A DNA stretch of 64,000 bases from Eledone cirrhosa (GCA_964016885.1 OZ024757.1:39246001-39310000), one strand, 5' to 3'. Shown: positions 49,602 to 63,554, numbered from the stretch's first letter. Notes: generated by a model from the sequence alone, not told the origin. Numbers and translations are program-made.

Positions 49602-50627
49602 AAAATATATATATATAGAGAGAGAGAGGCGTAAATAAGACCGTTGCTCCTATTAGTCAAGTTACCCTCAACAAATACCTTAAACCGATTACCAAAATGT
49701 ACCTCCCCAGACTCGGGTTACACAACCAGACCTTAATAGTCACCCAATGGGGAAGACAGACGTGTGTGTGTTACACAGGCGGTAGGAGTATTACGAGGAA
49801 GAGGAGTAATTATTGTTATTGTTCTCGGTGGTGGTCGTGGTTGTATTTTGATCAAAGATGTTTGAGTATCCCCATTATGCTCGTTTCCCACACAAAACAT
49901 ATCTAGGACGCCCATACACATGGATAAATATGTACTTTTGCAGTAGGTCGGTCTGGTTTGATTACTATCAGGTTATTTCTAATCAGAAACAATATTTATA
50001 TTACAAATCCCAGCTAACTATTATCTGTGATTGTATCAGCAATGGAAATGTAGTTTTCCTCTTATGATCTGATGATTCGCTTCTTTGCCTTTCCTTTAAA
50101 TTTTGTCTATCAGATCGATCGACAAGCTTAAGAATCTCCGTTACTGGTTCACCCTATAACTAGTTGAATTCAGCTGCCTCAATGTTGCTTTCTTGTTACT
50201 TGAGCATATAATTGACAATGATTTTAACAAAGCACATAATAAATTGAGAGTAAATTAAATATGAACACACTTCTCATAAATTCATATTTATGACTAGTTA
50301 AGAATTACGTTTATTAGCCTCATGGTTTTCGATTCAATGAAACTTGTATTGTTTTGTTTTTTTTCCTTTTGTTTTGTTTATACATCTGCTTCACAATATA
50401 GATTATCTGTGAATTTTGACACATCATTTACATCGCTTTCATTATCGTAAAGATGCAAAATTTGTTTGTGTGGGTAAAGTGTTTATTTCGCTATACAACC
50501 ACGCATTTTGAGGCGTTTGATGTCTTCTAATATGATCGTACATTGATAAATGCTATATGACAGAAGAATATATAGACGCAGTGAGAGAGTGAGGAACAAT
50601 GTGAAATATGAAGGATACCAATGTATG

Positions 50628-50658
<31 letters not shown>

Positions 50659-50834
50659 GTCTGTGTGTAAATTGTTTTGTCTTGCGTCTATTACTTCACT
50701 GGACAGCTTTCACCGTGTTGTAACTAGACTGAGGTAGTGGGGCTTAAACATTCCAGAATGAAAAAATGATGAGTATTGACGTACATGGGAGTCGAACCCA
50801 CATCTTTGGTTATCCAAATATATATATATATATG

Positions 50835-51012
50835 CATCTGTACCTGCGTCATATATAAAGTTTATGCATGTGGACGTGCGTTATGTATGAGGTTTATACA
50901 TATGTTCCTGCGTTGTATATAGAAGTTTTATACATATGTACCTGCGTTGTATATAGAGGTTTGATACATATGTACCTGCGTTGTATATAGAGGGTTATGC
51001 ACAAGTACATAC
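50835..51012. repeat. ~31-33 bp minisatellite
   Basis: catatgtacctgcgttgtatatagaggtt units. Confidence 0.75.
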
Positions 51013-51574
51013 GTGTGAAAGATTGTGAGTATAAAATTGGGATGAGTAAAGACTTATTTGCCATTAGAGATATGGAATGCAGTGAAAACGTTTGAATTTT
51101 AGTGAACGTGTGATTATAGCTATATAGCATAGATTCATTATATGGAATAACTTCAGTAGATAACAAGGCATAGACCTAAAGGCCTTGTCATTATGAACAA
51201 CATTATCTATAATAGTGTAGTGAAAGTCATTTGTGTACATGTGATTTCTTTGTAATAGCCAGGAGTATTTTCTTATAATTAATCATACACTTCTGCAAGT
51301 TAAAGTGTCTTTACAATTACAGTAATATTCTATCAAAATATCGATAAAAATCCTAATTTTTCAATCTGAATTATTTAGTTGTTTTAAACTTTTACATTCT
51401 TTTCGGTCAATGAAGAATTATTATGCTTAGTTATCATAGAGCACAGAGTTCATAATTTATTGCCCTATCTGCTATATTAGTAGAAGATGTGGTTATGTGA
51501 TAAAGGAGTTCGATTCCCCACCACACGAGTTTTGGGCTCACGTCACCTCCCACACAGTGTACTCCAAAACCTAA

Positions 51575-51768
51575 ATAATTGTTTCTACTTTTGACACAAG
51601 GCCAGCAATTATCCCAGTGCATTACTGGTACTTTATTTTATCGACCTCGTAAGGATGAAAGGCAAAGTTAACCTCGGCGGGATTTGAACTCAGACCATAA
51701 AGGGCCGTAACTCTTGTGCTGTAAAGCATGGCGTCCGACCATCTACCGATACTGCCAATCCACTGCCC
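51575..51768 (-). mobile_element. SINE family A, full length
   Basis: Reverse complement of the 42265-42454 pattern. Confidence 0.9.
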
Positions 51769-51806
<38 letters not shown>

Positions 51807-52359
51807 GTTTCTACTTTAGAATCAAGGCCAACAATTTGAAGGGAGGGTGAAAGTCGATTAAATTGACCCCAGTGTGTTTAATAATAATATATTTATATTT
51901 GTAGATAGCTGACCAATGTTATGTAATGCAACATCGTGTTACTTCACTTTGCTAATGAAACTCTTTCTTTTCCGTATAGTATATTATTTAAGACAATATA
52001 TAGATTGATAATAAATCGGCTTTGGTCGAAAAGAAAGCAGAAGGTAAAACATTAAGTAAAATTCATACAAAATGGCTATCTTAACAACTTGAACGCAAGA
52101 GATTTTTTAAGCCTGCTTAAAATGGCAGAAAGAAGACCTATTTAATCAATCGTTGTTGATCTAGAGGAATGTTTATTGTTTATTGATGGTTGATTTGATC
52201 ACCCTTTTGTATCAATAATGTGATAGAAAGACGATGTCAAGGTCAAGCGATACAGAGCGAACATGTGACCGCTATCGAAGTAAAAGCAGACTTGAGACGG
52301 TACACTATATAGATACATAAGTACGTCTGTATATACATATATACAGACGTGTATTGGTG

Positions 52360-52399
<40 letters not shown>

Positions 52400-52469
52400 T
52401 ACACACGTGTGTGGATATCTATGTATAATGTGTGTGTGGATAGCGTGACGAACTGTAACAGAATTAGTT

Positions 52470-52716
52470 AGCTTTGGCTTTCATTCTTACGAGGTCGATA
52501 AAATAAAGTACCAGTGATGCACTGGGGTAGATTTAATCGACTTTCCTTTTCCCCCCAATAACATTTGTTAGCCTTGTTCCTAAATCAGAAACCCTTTTGC
52601 CTTTCGCCCTTAAAGGATCTATAGAATAAAGCAACAGTAATGCACTGGGGTCGATTTAATTGACTTTCGCCTCCGCTTCAAATTGCTGGCCTTGTGCCTA
52701 AAGTACAAACAATTAT
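52470..52716 (+). mobile_element. SINE family A 3' halves, tandem
   Basis: Two core-plus-tail segments. Confidence 0.7.
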
Positions 52717-53212
52717 ATTATACATTGATTACACAGTTTAAAAACCTAAAATTAAAACAACGAAATACTTCTAAATAACGTCTCATTCAAAATACTAACT
52801 TTACATACTGACAATCCAACGAGAAGTAAACTTAACATTTTTTTTCTATTGACGACGCGTTGCTTTCGTTTAGTAATCAATGTATTGAATCATACTATTT
52901 AACTCAGCTAGCTTCATTCATATGAATAGAAATCGTTCAGCTAATAAAAATTCCTAAATGCAACCATTCTACTCGTTGTTAACTCCGTTGCTTTATCATC
53001 GTCTATTGATAGATAGGCTAATGTCCAGAAGATATTTTTTCAAGTCCTGCTTGAATACGTTGCGTAACTCTTAATACTAGTGAGATCACGACAGCGGAAA
53101 GTTCTAAACAAATTTCTCCCCATTGCTATTAATCATTACATTACATTACATTACATTCTGGTTCTTAGTCATCAATAATTATACATACACACACACACAC
53201 ATACTCATGCAC

Positions 53213-53278
<66 letters not shown>

Positions 53279-53490
53279 TTCACGGTCACAAGAATTTCTA
53301 TACTTTTCATTTATATATATATATGTATAGATATATGTATATAGGAAAATGTTTAACCCCGACGGCAGAGCTCAAGCCGTTTCGACGGCTATTCCAGAAA
53401 TAGCCGTCGAAACGGCTTGAGCTCCGCCGTCGGGGTTAAACATCTTCCTATACATATATATATACATACATTCATACATGTTCCTATACA

Positions 53491-54096
53491 TGGTGGCTGC
53501 CAACTCGTTTTCGAGTACGGCCACTACTTTATATCCATGTAGGAGAACCCCTACCGATGCGCTGAACGAGTGTGACTTTTTAGTCCAGCCAGCGACTTGA
53601 AAACTCTGGTACAAACACTACACTTGTGACAATTATTGACACATAGTGCTGGGCCCACGGCACCATGTGACGACAAGTGCAGAGAGATCTCCAGATATAA
53701 AGCAATGCCTGTGCCGTGAAGCTTTTATAGTGAGCAAAGGCACTGCACAAAGCCAGTCCCACTCTCTTAACCAAGATGATATTTACGAAAAAGAAGAACA
53801 AGTCAACATCATTGGATACCATCAGGGTTGCAGGTGTTATATCAGAGTTTTCCTTCTCTTAGAATTCTGCCTTGACAAAGGCTAAGGGGTCATCTCTCCC
53901 GCTGATTTTGGATGGCCATTGACTCTTAAGAGCTCCTTTGCCCTATGACAGGTTTTATTTTTAGTCCTGCAGGATGTCCAAAGTCACCCTTCTCACCAAG
54001 AAAGCTTGGTGGGGTTGCCAGTTTAGTCGCCAACGACCCGACCATGAGACAGGTTGTACTGGGATACATGTTACCAGTAGCACCAACTGGTGACCT
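53491..54096 (-). mobile_element. Unclassified ~600-bp element, copy 3 (inverted)
   Basis: Reverse complement of 36994-37599. Confidence 0.85.
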
Positions 54097-54208
54097 ATAT
54101 ACATACATATATATATACATACATATATATATGCATATATATATATATATACACACATACATATATATATACATATATATATATATATGTATACACTCGA
54201 AATTGATT

Positions 54209-54259
<51 letters not shown>

Positions 54260-54807
54260 CTAAAATAAACATATGAAACAATTACAGGGAATGATTTGTA
54301 AAAGTTTGTAAGCACTCATAGCAAGTCAATATAAAATGCTCTGATCTATTCATTGGAATCTTGGAGGATATTCTACAGTGGATATGGCGCATGTCTCTCC
54401 GACATGACACCTTTAATTTAATTTTGGATATATCTATGTATACAGACATCTCTCTATATATATATAACCAAATGTCAGTGCATATGTGTATGTGTAATTA
54501 TAGATATGTATACTCTTGTAAGCATGCAATAAAGCGAACATAAATCTGTTATATATATATATTTAAAATTATTAAGGCAGAGACGTGTGATTTCATACTC
54601 TGGAGTTTCGTCTGTATATCAGTCATTTTGCTTGATGACCCTGTGATAAACCGACAAAACTCCAGAGTTAACTGTTCCAGACATCCGACTGAGGCCAGGC
54701 TGAAAGCACTACTAATATATATATATATATGTGTGTAATGCAGGTGTATATGAAAACTAATAAACTAATAGTATATTTCGATATAACTATTTCAGTAGCC
54801 ATGTAGG

Positions 54808-54856
54808 AAAGTCTGACATTAATGTTTCAGAGTTTAAATCCATCATCAGTGACGTC
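54808..54856 (-). ncRNA. Type I hammerhead motif, partner of 55047-55097
   Basis: Minus strand: GTCA-CTGATGA-TGGATTTAAACTCT-GAAA-CATTAATGTC^AGAC, with palindromic ACATTAATGT. Confidence 0.55.
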
Positions 54857-55046
54857 TACTTATTCTTTTAATGAAACTAATAAAAGACATGGCTTATTTA
54901 CTCTATGAATCAGGCTTTTAATATAACTGAAAATTAATCCTAACTAAGTCAATCACGTATTATATGCAAATGAAATTCTCCAGATGTTTTATATGCATAA
55001 AATATATAAGCTGTGGCTTATTCCTGTCTCCGGTACGGAGTGAAAA

Positions 55047-55097
55047 AATGTCACTGATGATGGATTAAAAAATCCCGAGACACTAATGTCTGGCATT
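55047..55097 (+). ncRNA. Type I hammerhead motif with GAAA>GAGA change
   Basis: AATGTCA-CTGATGA-TGGATT-AAAA-AATCCC-GAGA-CACTAATGTC^TGGCATT. Confidence 0.6.
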
Positions 55098-55229
55098 CTC
55101 ACATGGCTAATAAGATAGCTGCGATATGAACACAGTTAAAACAGCCATAGAGGAATTTATGTATGTTTAATATACATTACATATGCTTTCATATACATCC
55201 CTGTCACGAATCATGTTAGTCTTACTCTT

Positions 55230-55375
55230 TCTCTCGCTCTCTCTCGCTCTCTCTTGCTCTCTCGCTCTCTCTCGCTCTCTCTCGCTCTCTCTCGCTCTCG
55301 CTCTCTCTCGCTCTCTCTCGCTCTCTCTCTCGCTCTCTCTCGCTCTCTCTCTCTCGCTCTCTCGCTCTCTCTCGC

Positions 55376-55467
<92 letters not shown>
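55230..55467. repeat. (CT/CTCG)n followed by (GA)n, a self-complementary microsatellite
   Basis: The switch occurs at ctcgag near 55420. Confidence 0.9.
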
Positions 55468-55471
<4 letters not shown>

Positions 55472-55595
55472 ATGATATATCATTTGAGGAACACAGTATA
55501 TTGTCCTCATGAATTGAGTCAGTAATATTCACCCAAATATACGATAAGGTAGGAAAAGTCTTTTCTTCTTCAGAAACCTGATGATCATTCATTTC

Positions 55596-55647
<52 letters not shown>

Positions 55648-55734
55648 GGAAAAAATGAAACGAAATTTCATTTCTCACTCTTAATACGGCTGTTACTTAA
55701 ATATAAGACGTTCAATCATCTGGCAGGAAGGTAT

Positions 55735-55777
55735 ACGGTGCTGACGATAGCTAATAAGCTTGAAACTAGTACATCGT
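55735..55777 (+). ncRNA. Minimal type I hammerhead ribozyme
   Basis: ACGGTG-CTGACGA-TAGCT-AATA-AGCTT-GAAA-CTAGTA^CATCGT, with palindromic ACTAGT stem III and an extended distal stem I. Confidence 0.75.
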
Positions 55778-55961
55778 TCCTTTGTCGGTGTTCAACAAAA
55801 GGGCAACGCTGTACGGCTTAATTCGGGATGTTTGTTTACAAACAAACCGAGCATTATAATAAATGCTCGGTGAATCCATACGTGCATATATATATGTGTG
55901 TGTGCATGTATGTATATATATACATACTACTGTACGTCTGTATACATATATGTATGTGCGT

Positions 55962-56000
<39 letters not shown>

Positions 56001-56105
56001 CGGCTCTGTTCTTGTACATTGAGCTAACACAATACTGCCATAATACAGTACGATGCGTGAGTGTTGATGCACATACGCACCGTACCGTACTGTAAATATA
56101 TATAT

Positions 56106-56136
<31 letters not shown>

Positions 56137-56241
56137 GTAGAAGTTCTATTTAAATTGTTGGGATAAAACAAGCAAATATTTTTATAACTGATATAAAGCA
56201 CTCAACAAATTATTGGACTTAATATATCGTGTTAATATATC

Positions 56242-56272
<31 letters not shown>

Positions 56273-56361
56273 AACATAGACGCACGCATATATATAAATA
56301 TAGACACACGTATATATATATAGATATATATATAGACACACGCACATATATATTTACATAG

Positions 56362-56403
<42 letters not shown>

Positions 56404-56565
56404 TCATACAGGCACACATACATGCACACATATTACATAGACACGCGCACGTATATATACACATAGACATATATATACATACTCATACATACATATATAG
56501 ATACACACATATATATATATATATACACATATATATGCACACATATATATACATACACACACAGA

Positions 56566-56601
<36 letters not shown>

Positions 56602-56881
56602 AATTTTAGTACAGCATCAACGAAGCTTTTGGCTGCGGCCAAGGTAACGAATGCAGATTCGGAATGCAGCTTAGCACTCGATGGAGAATAGTACCCCAGA
56701 GTTATAACAATACGTTTAGACAGCTTTGCAAATCAAATATAGCGACCGACAGTCTGGACGCATTGCCATAGCAACGAAAAAAACTGAACTCAGGAAAAGA
56801 TTTTGACTGACATATATATATATGAGGGTGTTTAAGTTTGCTTGAAGCATTGTGAAATATGTAAAATACGTAGTTTTCTAA

Positions 56882-56921
<40 letters not shown>

Positions 56922-57547
56922 AATGAGTAGGACCCCGACGGCTGAGCTCAAGCCGTTTCGACGGCTAATTCAGTCCAGAATTAGCTCGTTCCTATTACCC
57001 ACTCTACTACCTTAAGTATTGAGTACTTTGGTGCGTTATGGTCCCTCTGGTTCCTTACGGTCCATCTGGTTCCTTACGGTCCATCTGGTTCCTTACCGCA
57101 TTTCCCTCGTTATATATATATATATATATACATATAATGAGAAAGATGTATAATTCAGTTGATATATATAGACGTAAATATACAAATGCTGTGAAAATGA
57201 AAACAAAAATGTTTTTAAAATAATAAAGCAAAGATATCTGTACTCAGACAAGAGGTTAATGGTTATCTCTGTAGAGAATTGTGTACTAGATTTTGAAGTG
57301 AAATGCCAGGGTATTCATCTGGAAAATATCTTATTTATTCAGAAATGTTTACAAAGCAAAAATTCGTCTCAGTATACACAATTTGATAGCTGACAAGTCT
57401 GCCTAACGCCGCAAGGAATATATAATATCCAGCATATCATTTCAAGCAATAAATTATTTATTGTATGAATTTCTACAATAGATGAATTGACACTTCATTT
57501 GCGGCAAACTTCTATTATTTCGGTGGGGAACTATCTATTACACATAC

Positions 57548-57581
<34 letters not shown>

Positions 57582-58554
57582 GTACATAGATATATGATGG
57601 CTACACCCTCCTTATCGCGTGTGGCCATGATATATACGTACATACATGCGTACATAGATACATATATATGCACAGCCGGGTGGCTGGAACAGTTAAAAGA
57701 AGAAGAAAATACTCACATAATACTCAATACTCATAGGCATACATACATATGCACACATATCTAAACTCACACACAATACAAACACACACACATATATAAT
57801 ATATATAGCGTGTGTGTGTATAAAAATACATGCATAAATATATATATATATATATATACATATATGTACACACATCTATGTATATATATATATATATATA
57901 TGCATGTATATATAAATATATACACACACATCTATGTATATATAAGTATATATTTGGACACATACATGTCTGTAAAAATACATGTATATATTTATATATA
58001 CACACACACCATATATATATATATATATATATATGCGTCTCTGTGGATATGTTACGTATCTGTGCTTCCCAGAAACACATATACACATATATGAGTGGTT
58101 GTTTATAAAACAATATGGAAGTATAAGACAAAATGGCGATAGGAATATGATGGATTGCGTCACATGACATTTGTCACGTCACTTAGTATTTGAAATGATA
58201 TTCATACACTGTACACTAGCAACAACAGAAAAGATATAACTTGGAAAGAACTACCATAACAAAAAGATCGACAAGTATTATATCATAGAACAAACAGCAA
58301 AATATATAAAGAATAAAGAATAGTAATAATGCTTTCTGGACAAGGCCTGCAATTTGAAGGGAAAGGGGGAAAGTCGATTAAACCTACCCCAGTGTATTAC
58401 TGGTGCTTTATTTTATCTGTCCCGATATATAAATATATGCATTCATGTTTATATATATATATATGTGTATATACGTATGTATGTATATATATAATATATA
58501 TATATAATATTAATTCAAAATATTAACAAAAATAGACATTCGTGTGATCAAGTT

Positions 58555-58621
58555 TATTTTATTATACATATTTCAGAGGTACTGAGCTATCTTCAACAGT
58601 ACGTCCTCATCAGATAAAATA
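58555..58621 (-). ncRNA. Type I hammerhead (family H1), second locus
   Basis: Matches the reverse complement of 25795-25861 except in loop II. Confidence 0.8.
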
Positions 58622-60770
58622 AGATGATGCATGACATACACTGACTTAGTAGATGGTTAAGATTCAGTCATGGTAGTGAATAAGATATGACAAAACTCAA
58701 TATTTATATACCTTAAGATTGAGACATGAAGAAATGTAAATATAATACAGAGGGTGCGTGTGAGAAAGCTTAAAAATACATAATAGCAATTTACATAACT
58801 GTTAGAGATTCAAATAATTTAAATTATTGACGAAAGAAGAAAGATAGAGAGAAACAGATGAGGAAAAAATGTAGTTACTAGAAGTATAGAAAGCAAAAGA
58901 GAATTGATCAAGGATAGAGAGACAAGGAGGAATAATTTTTATAGTATAAAGCATAGGGAGGGAGATTTGTATTGTCGTGGATGAATAGGGTGTGATTAGA
59001 TGATGGAAATAGATATATATCTATATAAATACATGAATATACATTTGGGCATAGCTTTGTGAAAAAGTAAACTCGAATCTTTGAATTATCTAGAAGTATC
59101 CATCAATCTAAATATTAAATATATCTGGGTGTAATTATATGAGGGTTTAATTTCGAGTCCTTAGTTAATTAGAAATACACTAACAATTAATTATATACAC
59201 TATATATATCCAAACGTATCCGGCTGACCGTTAAATTTCGAATCATTTATGTTAGTTCAGAATAATTAATTAATCTAAAGATATAATATTTCAGGCTATA
59301 AAAGTTTATAAATATCTATATTAATATTAAAGTATACTAACATATTTAATTTATAAAATCCTATTTAAAGTATTTGCAAACATGAGAAAGAAGAGACTTA
59401 GTATTTTCATCCACACGAAGGTAATCCATATTAAATTATATTATCTTATATTATATTTTTGTTTTAAATGTTTATATTAAAATAATAATTTTCATTATAT
59501 AATTTAGAAAATAATTACAGTTATAACATTAAAAATATAAAATTAACAATTAGAATGCCCGAGAGTATCTAAAGGCATTATAATTAAACTTAAAAAAGGT
59601 ATTATTAAATTAGATATACGCATTTGTCTAAATATTGACAAAGAGTATATTGTCTAAAGTACAAGACGATATTAGTCAGTTATACATAATATAATATAAT
59701 ATAATATAATAAATAAGTTACTGTTAATATTGTTAAAATTAAGGTTTTAGATCAATTATTATATTAGGATCATGTAATACATATATACTATAAATATACA
59801 AATCAAACTTCATGAATCATTAGGATAAGAACCAGATTCAAAGTAAATAAGTAAAATTGTTTGCGATCATATAAGTGCCAAATATCTAAGCTATATAATT
59901 TAAAAATACAAGAACATTTTTAAGGATCTATATTGTAGTATAATATCATATTTAAAGTGTCTGCAAACATGAGAAAAAGAAAAGTTAAGATTTTCATTGA
60001 CCCGAAGGTAACCCGAATTTAATTAAATTAAAAAAATAATAATCGTTATATAATTTAGAAAATATTTAACAATTATAACACTAAAATGTCCTTAAGTATC
60101 TAAAGTACTTATAAATGTAACTAGAAACATGTTATTAAACCAGATATTCACATTTGTCCAAATATATACAGAGTATTCTGTTCGGAACTCAAGACGATAT
60201 TAATGATCCATACACATATAATAAATAAATAATAAAATCATTGTTAGTAAAGATATAATTGAAGTTTAACATCAAGTTAAGTGGAAAAAGTTTGTCGACT
60301 AGGATCGTGTGCGACGCATATACCATACATATATATAAATAAATATAAATATATAAATCAAACATCCTGAATCTTAAAACTAACATACTCCAAAAGAATA
60401 AATACATAAATACATAAATGCATGAATGGTTTACGGTTCATTACAACCGACAACCATATAAGCTATATATATACCGCCTATTTGTAGTTGAGTATCAGTT
60501 ATTTTCATAATGCGGACATAGTATTTTATTATGTATTTATTTTTATTATACTTTCCTTCATCCAACTGCATTTTATGAACCAATATTCAAACGAACTGGA
60601 TTGCAGCCTCTGAATTGTCGCCATTTTTGGTGTTTTATCTCCTAGGTCGATGGAATAACCAAAAGGTGCTTTTTTACGGAAAATACTGAAAGCCAACGAA
60701 ATCTTAGGAATATAAAATTGCATTGGGGAAAAAATGTTAATGCTTATTTTGAGAGCATTATTTTATATAA

Positions 60771-60964
60771 GGGCGGTGGGTTAGCAGTATCAGTAGAGGG
60801 TCAGACGCCATGCTTCGCAGCATAGAGTTACGGCCCTTTATGGTATGAGTTTAAATCCCGCCGAGGTTAACTTTGCCTTTCATCCTTACGGGATCGATAA
60901 AATAAAGTACCAGTAATACACTGGGTATTGCTGGCATTGTACCAAAAGTAGAAACAATTATTAT
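60771..60964 (+). mobile_element. SINE family A, full length
   Basis: Head, B-box, core and tail. Confidence 0.9.
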
Positions 60965-61184
60965 CAATGGTATTATTATTATTAGTAGTAGTGGTGGTGG
61001 TGCTAGTATCACTAGTAGTCTTATTGCATGTTACAGCAATACTGAGCACAGTTATGTGTGTCTCGGATAAGTGCAGTTTTCTTTTTTACTGTAATTTCTA
61101 CTAATTTGAGACTCTTATTTTTTATGCAGCGATTAGTAGTACCATATTATTGTTACTACTGTTGTTGTTGTTATAAAAGTAGTG

Positions 61185-61685
61185 GTTTGGCAGAATTGTT
61201 GGTCTGAAAAGATTGCCATTGCCTTAATATGTTCCTTCTCTTTACATTCCGTGTTCAAATCCCACTAAGATCAAATTTAATTTCCGCCCTTTTTGAGTCT
61301 ATAAAAACAAAATACTAGTGAAGTAGAGAGTTGATTAGATCAACTCTGCCCTTCCTTTAAAATCTGTTGAATTTCTGTCTATATAGAGTGCTAGTGTTTT
61401 TATCAACTTTGTTCCGCCTTTAAATTATCTTTCAGCTCTTTACATTCCGAGAACAAATTTACATTTCATCATTTTTGAGTCTATAAAAACAAACTACTAA
61501 TGGGATACTAGGGTTGATATAATCAACTTTGCCCTTCCGTAATGTGTTCCTGGTCATTACATTCCGAGTTCAAATACCACTAAGATCAAATTTACCTTTC
61601 ATAATGTTTGTGTCTATAGAAACAAAACACTAGAGTTGATTTCATAAGCTTTACACTTCCTTAAAATTATGGCCTTGTGCCTATA
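61185..61685 (+). mobile_element. Old SINE family A relative with internal tandem duplications
   Basis: Three tacattccg.g..caaat...gtctata.aaacaaa units ending in ggccttgtgccta. Confidence 0.6.
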
Positions 61686-61995
61686 TGTAGCCGTCATAAG
61701 GGCATAAAATGGAGAGGTTTGGGTACGTAGGAATTGCAGTATTTCCTTACAGTTTGGTTTCGAAACCTAGAAACGTTAGCCATGATAATGTGCGGGAGGT
61801 TCACAGAATAAAAGCAATCGTTAAACTTATGGGTGATTTCCTGCTATATATAGGCGATATATAATACTGGCATATATTTCTACTAGTATATAGAATTTAG
61901 CAAACTGCTTGGTAATGTTTTATCTACTAATATGCAATTTGATTAGACAGCAACATCAGTCGGTTCGATAAGACTAAGGCTTTACTGACTGTCTG

Positions 61996-62053
<58 letters not shown>

Positions 62054-62678
62054 GAATACACATATATATATATATACATACAAACTCTCATAAATACATG
62101 TATATTTTTATATATACATTGGGGTATAAGTGTATGTATATGTGTATGTATATATATGTGTGTGTATGTATATACATGTGTGTGTATATATATATGTATG
62201 TATATATATATATATATAAATGTGTGCGTGTGTATATGTATGTATATATATATATATATATAAATGTGTGCGTGTGTATATGTATATATATATATATATA
62301 TATGTGTGTGGGTGTAAGTGTCTATGTATATATGTATGAATGTGTGTGTATATAAAGAGAGGCCTAGAATGGGGAGAAACAGATGAACATATAGAGATAT
62401 GTTGATGAGGTGAGAAGTTAGAAGTTAACGGTAATGATGGAGATGATGGCAAGAGGCAAATGAAATACAATTTGATAGTTTCTGCTGCACTGGGTTGCGC
62501 ATACATCGATCTGCTTGGATAATAGTGGTTTTTATTAATGTTGCTATATTCAAATCTAAATTTCGAGTAAACGATGAGTGAAAAACTACAGCTATAAACT
62601 AAACTCGATATTCATAATATTTTGAAACGGTTTTACAAGCGAATAATTTAACTAGCCGTCTAGTAATAATATAATATA

Positions 62679-62712
<34 letters not shown>

Positions 62713-62937
62713 GTGTGTGTGTGTGTATGTATATATAAATAAATGTGTATATTTATGTGTTTGTACATATATGTATGTGAGTGTGTGTATATATATATAT
62801 ATATATATGTGTGTATATATAGATGTGTGTGTGTATATATAAATGTGTGTATATGTATATATAAATGCGTGTATATATATACATATATATATGTGTGTGT
62901 GTATATGTATGTTTTTGTACGTATATGTATGTGTGTG

Positions 62938-62973
<36 letters not shown>

Positions 62974-63054
62974 TATGTATATATAAATAAATGTGAGTAT
63001 GTGTTTATATATGTATGTGTATGTGTTTTACATATATGTATGTGTTTGTGTGTG

Positions 63055-63102
<48 letters not shown>

Positions 63103-63554
63103 TATATATATTATGTAGTTTACATACACAGATATTACATTACATTGCGTACGGTACGTTTAATATCGGTGTTACTATATACGCTGGAAATTTCCGTATA
63201 TATTTAAGAAAGGAAATAATATAGGTTATCGATCAATGGTCCGTAGACATTCACCAAAGCTATGTTGTGTTCGTTGGCATGTCATTTAACCTATTATATT
63301 ATCTTGCCACTATCTTAGACCAGAAATACTAGAAATAGCAACCATATCTTCCTCTGTGTACACCTTAACATGATAGAAAAACTACCGTTCGTGGTACTCT
63401 ACTTTATCAGAATATGGTAAATTAACCCTTTAGTTACCAGCCCGGCCAACACCGGCTCTTGGTGTATAAAATAATGTCACCCATATAAAAGGTTTCCAAG
63501 AATCAAGTATTCACTTGAGTAATGGTCTAACCAGTTTCAAATTGAATCTATCAT

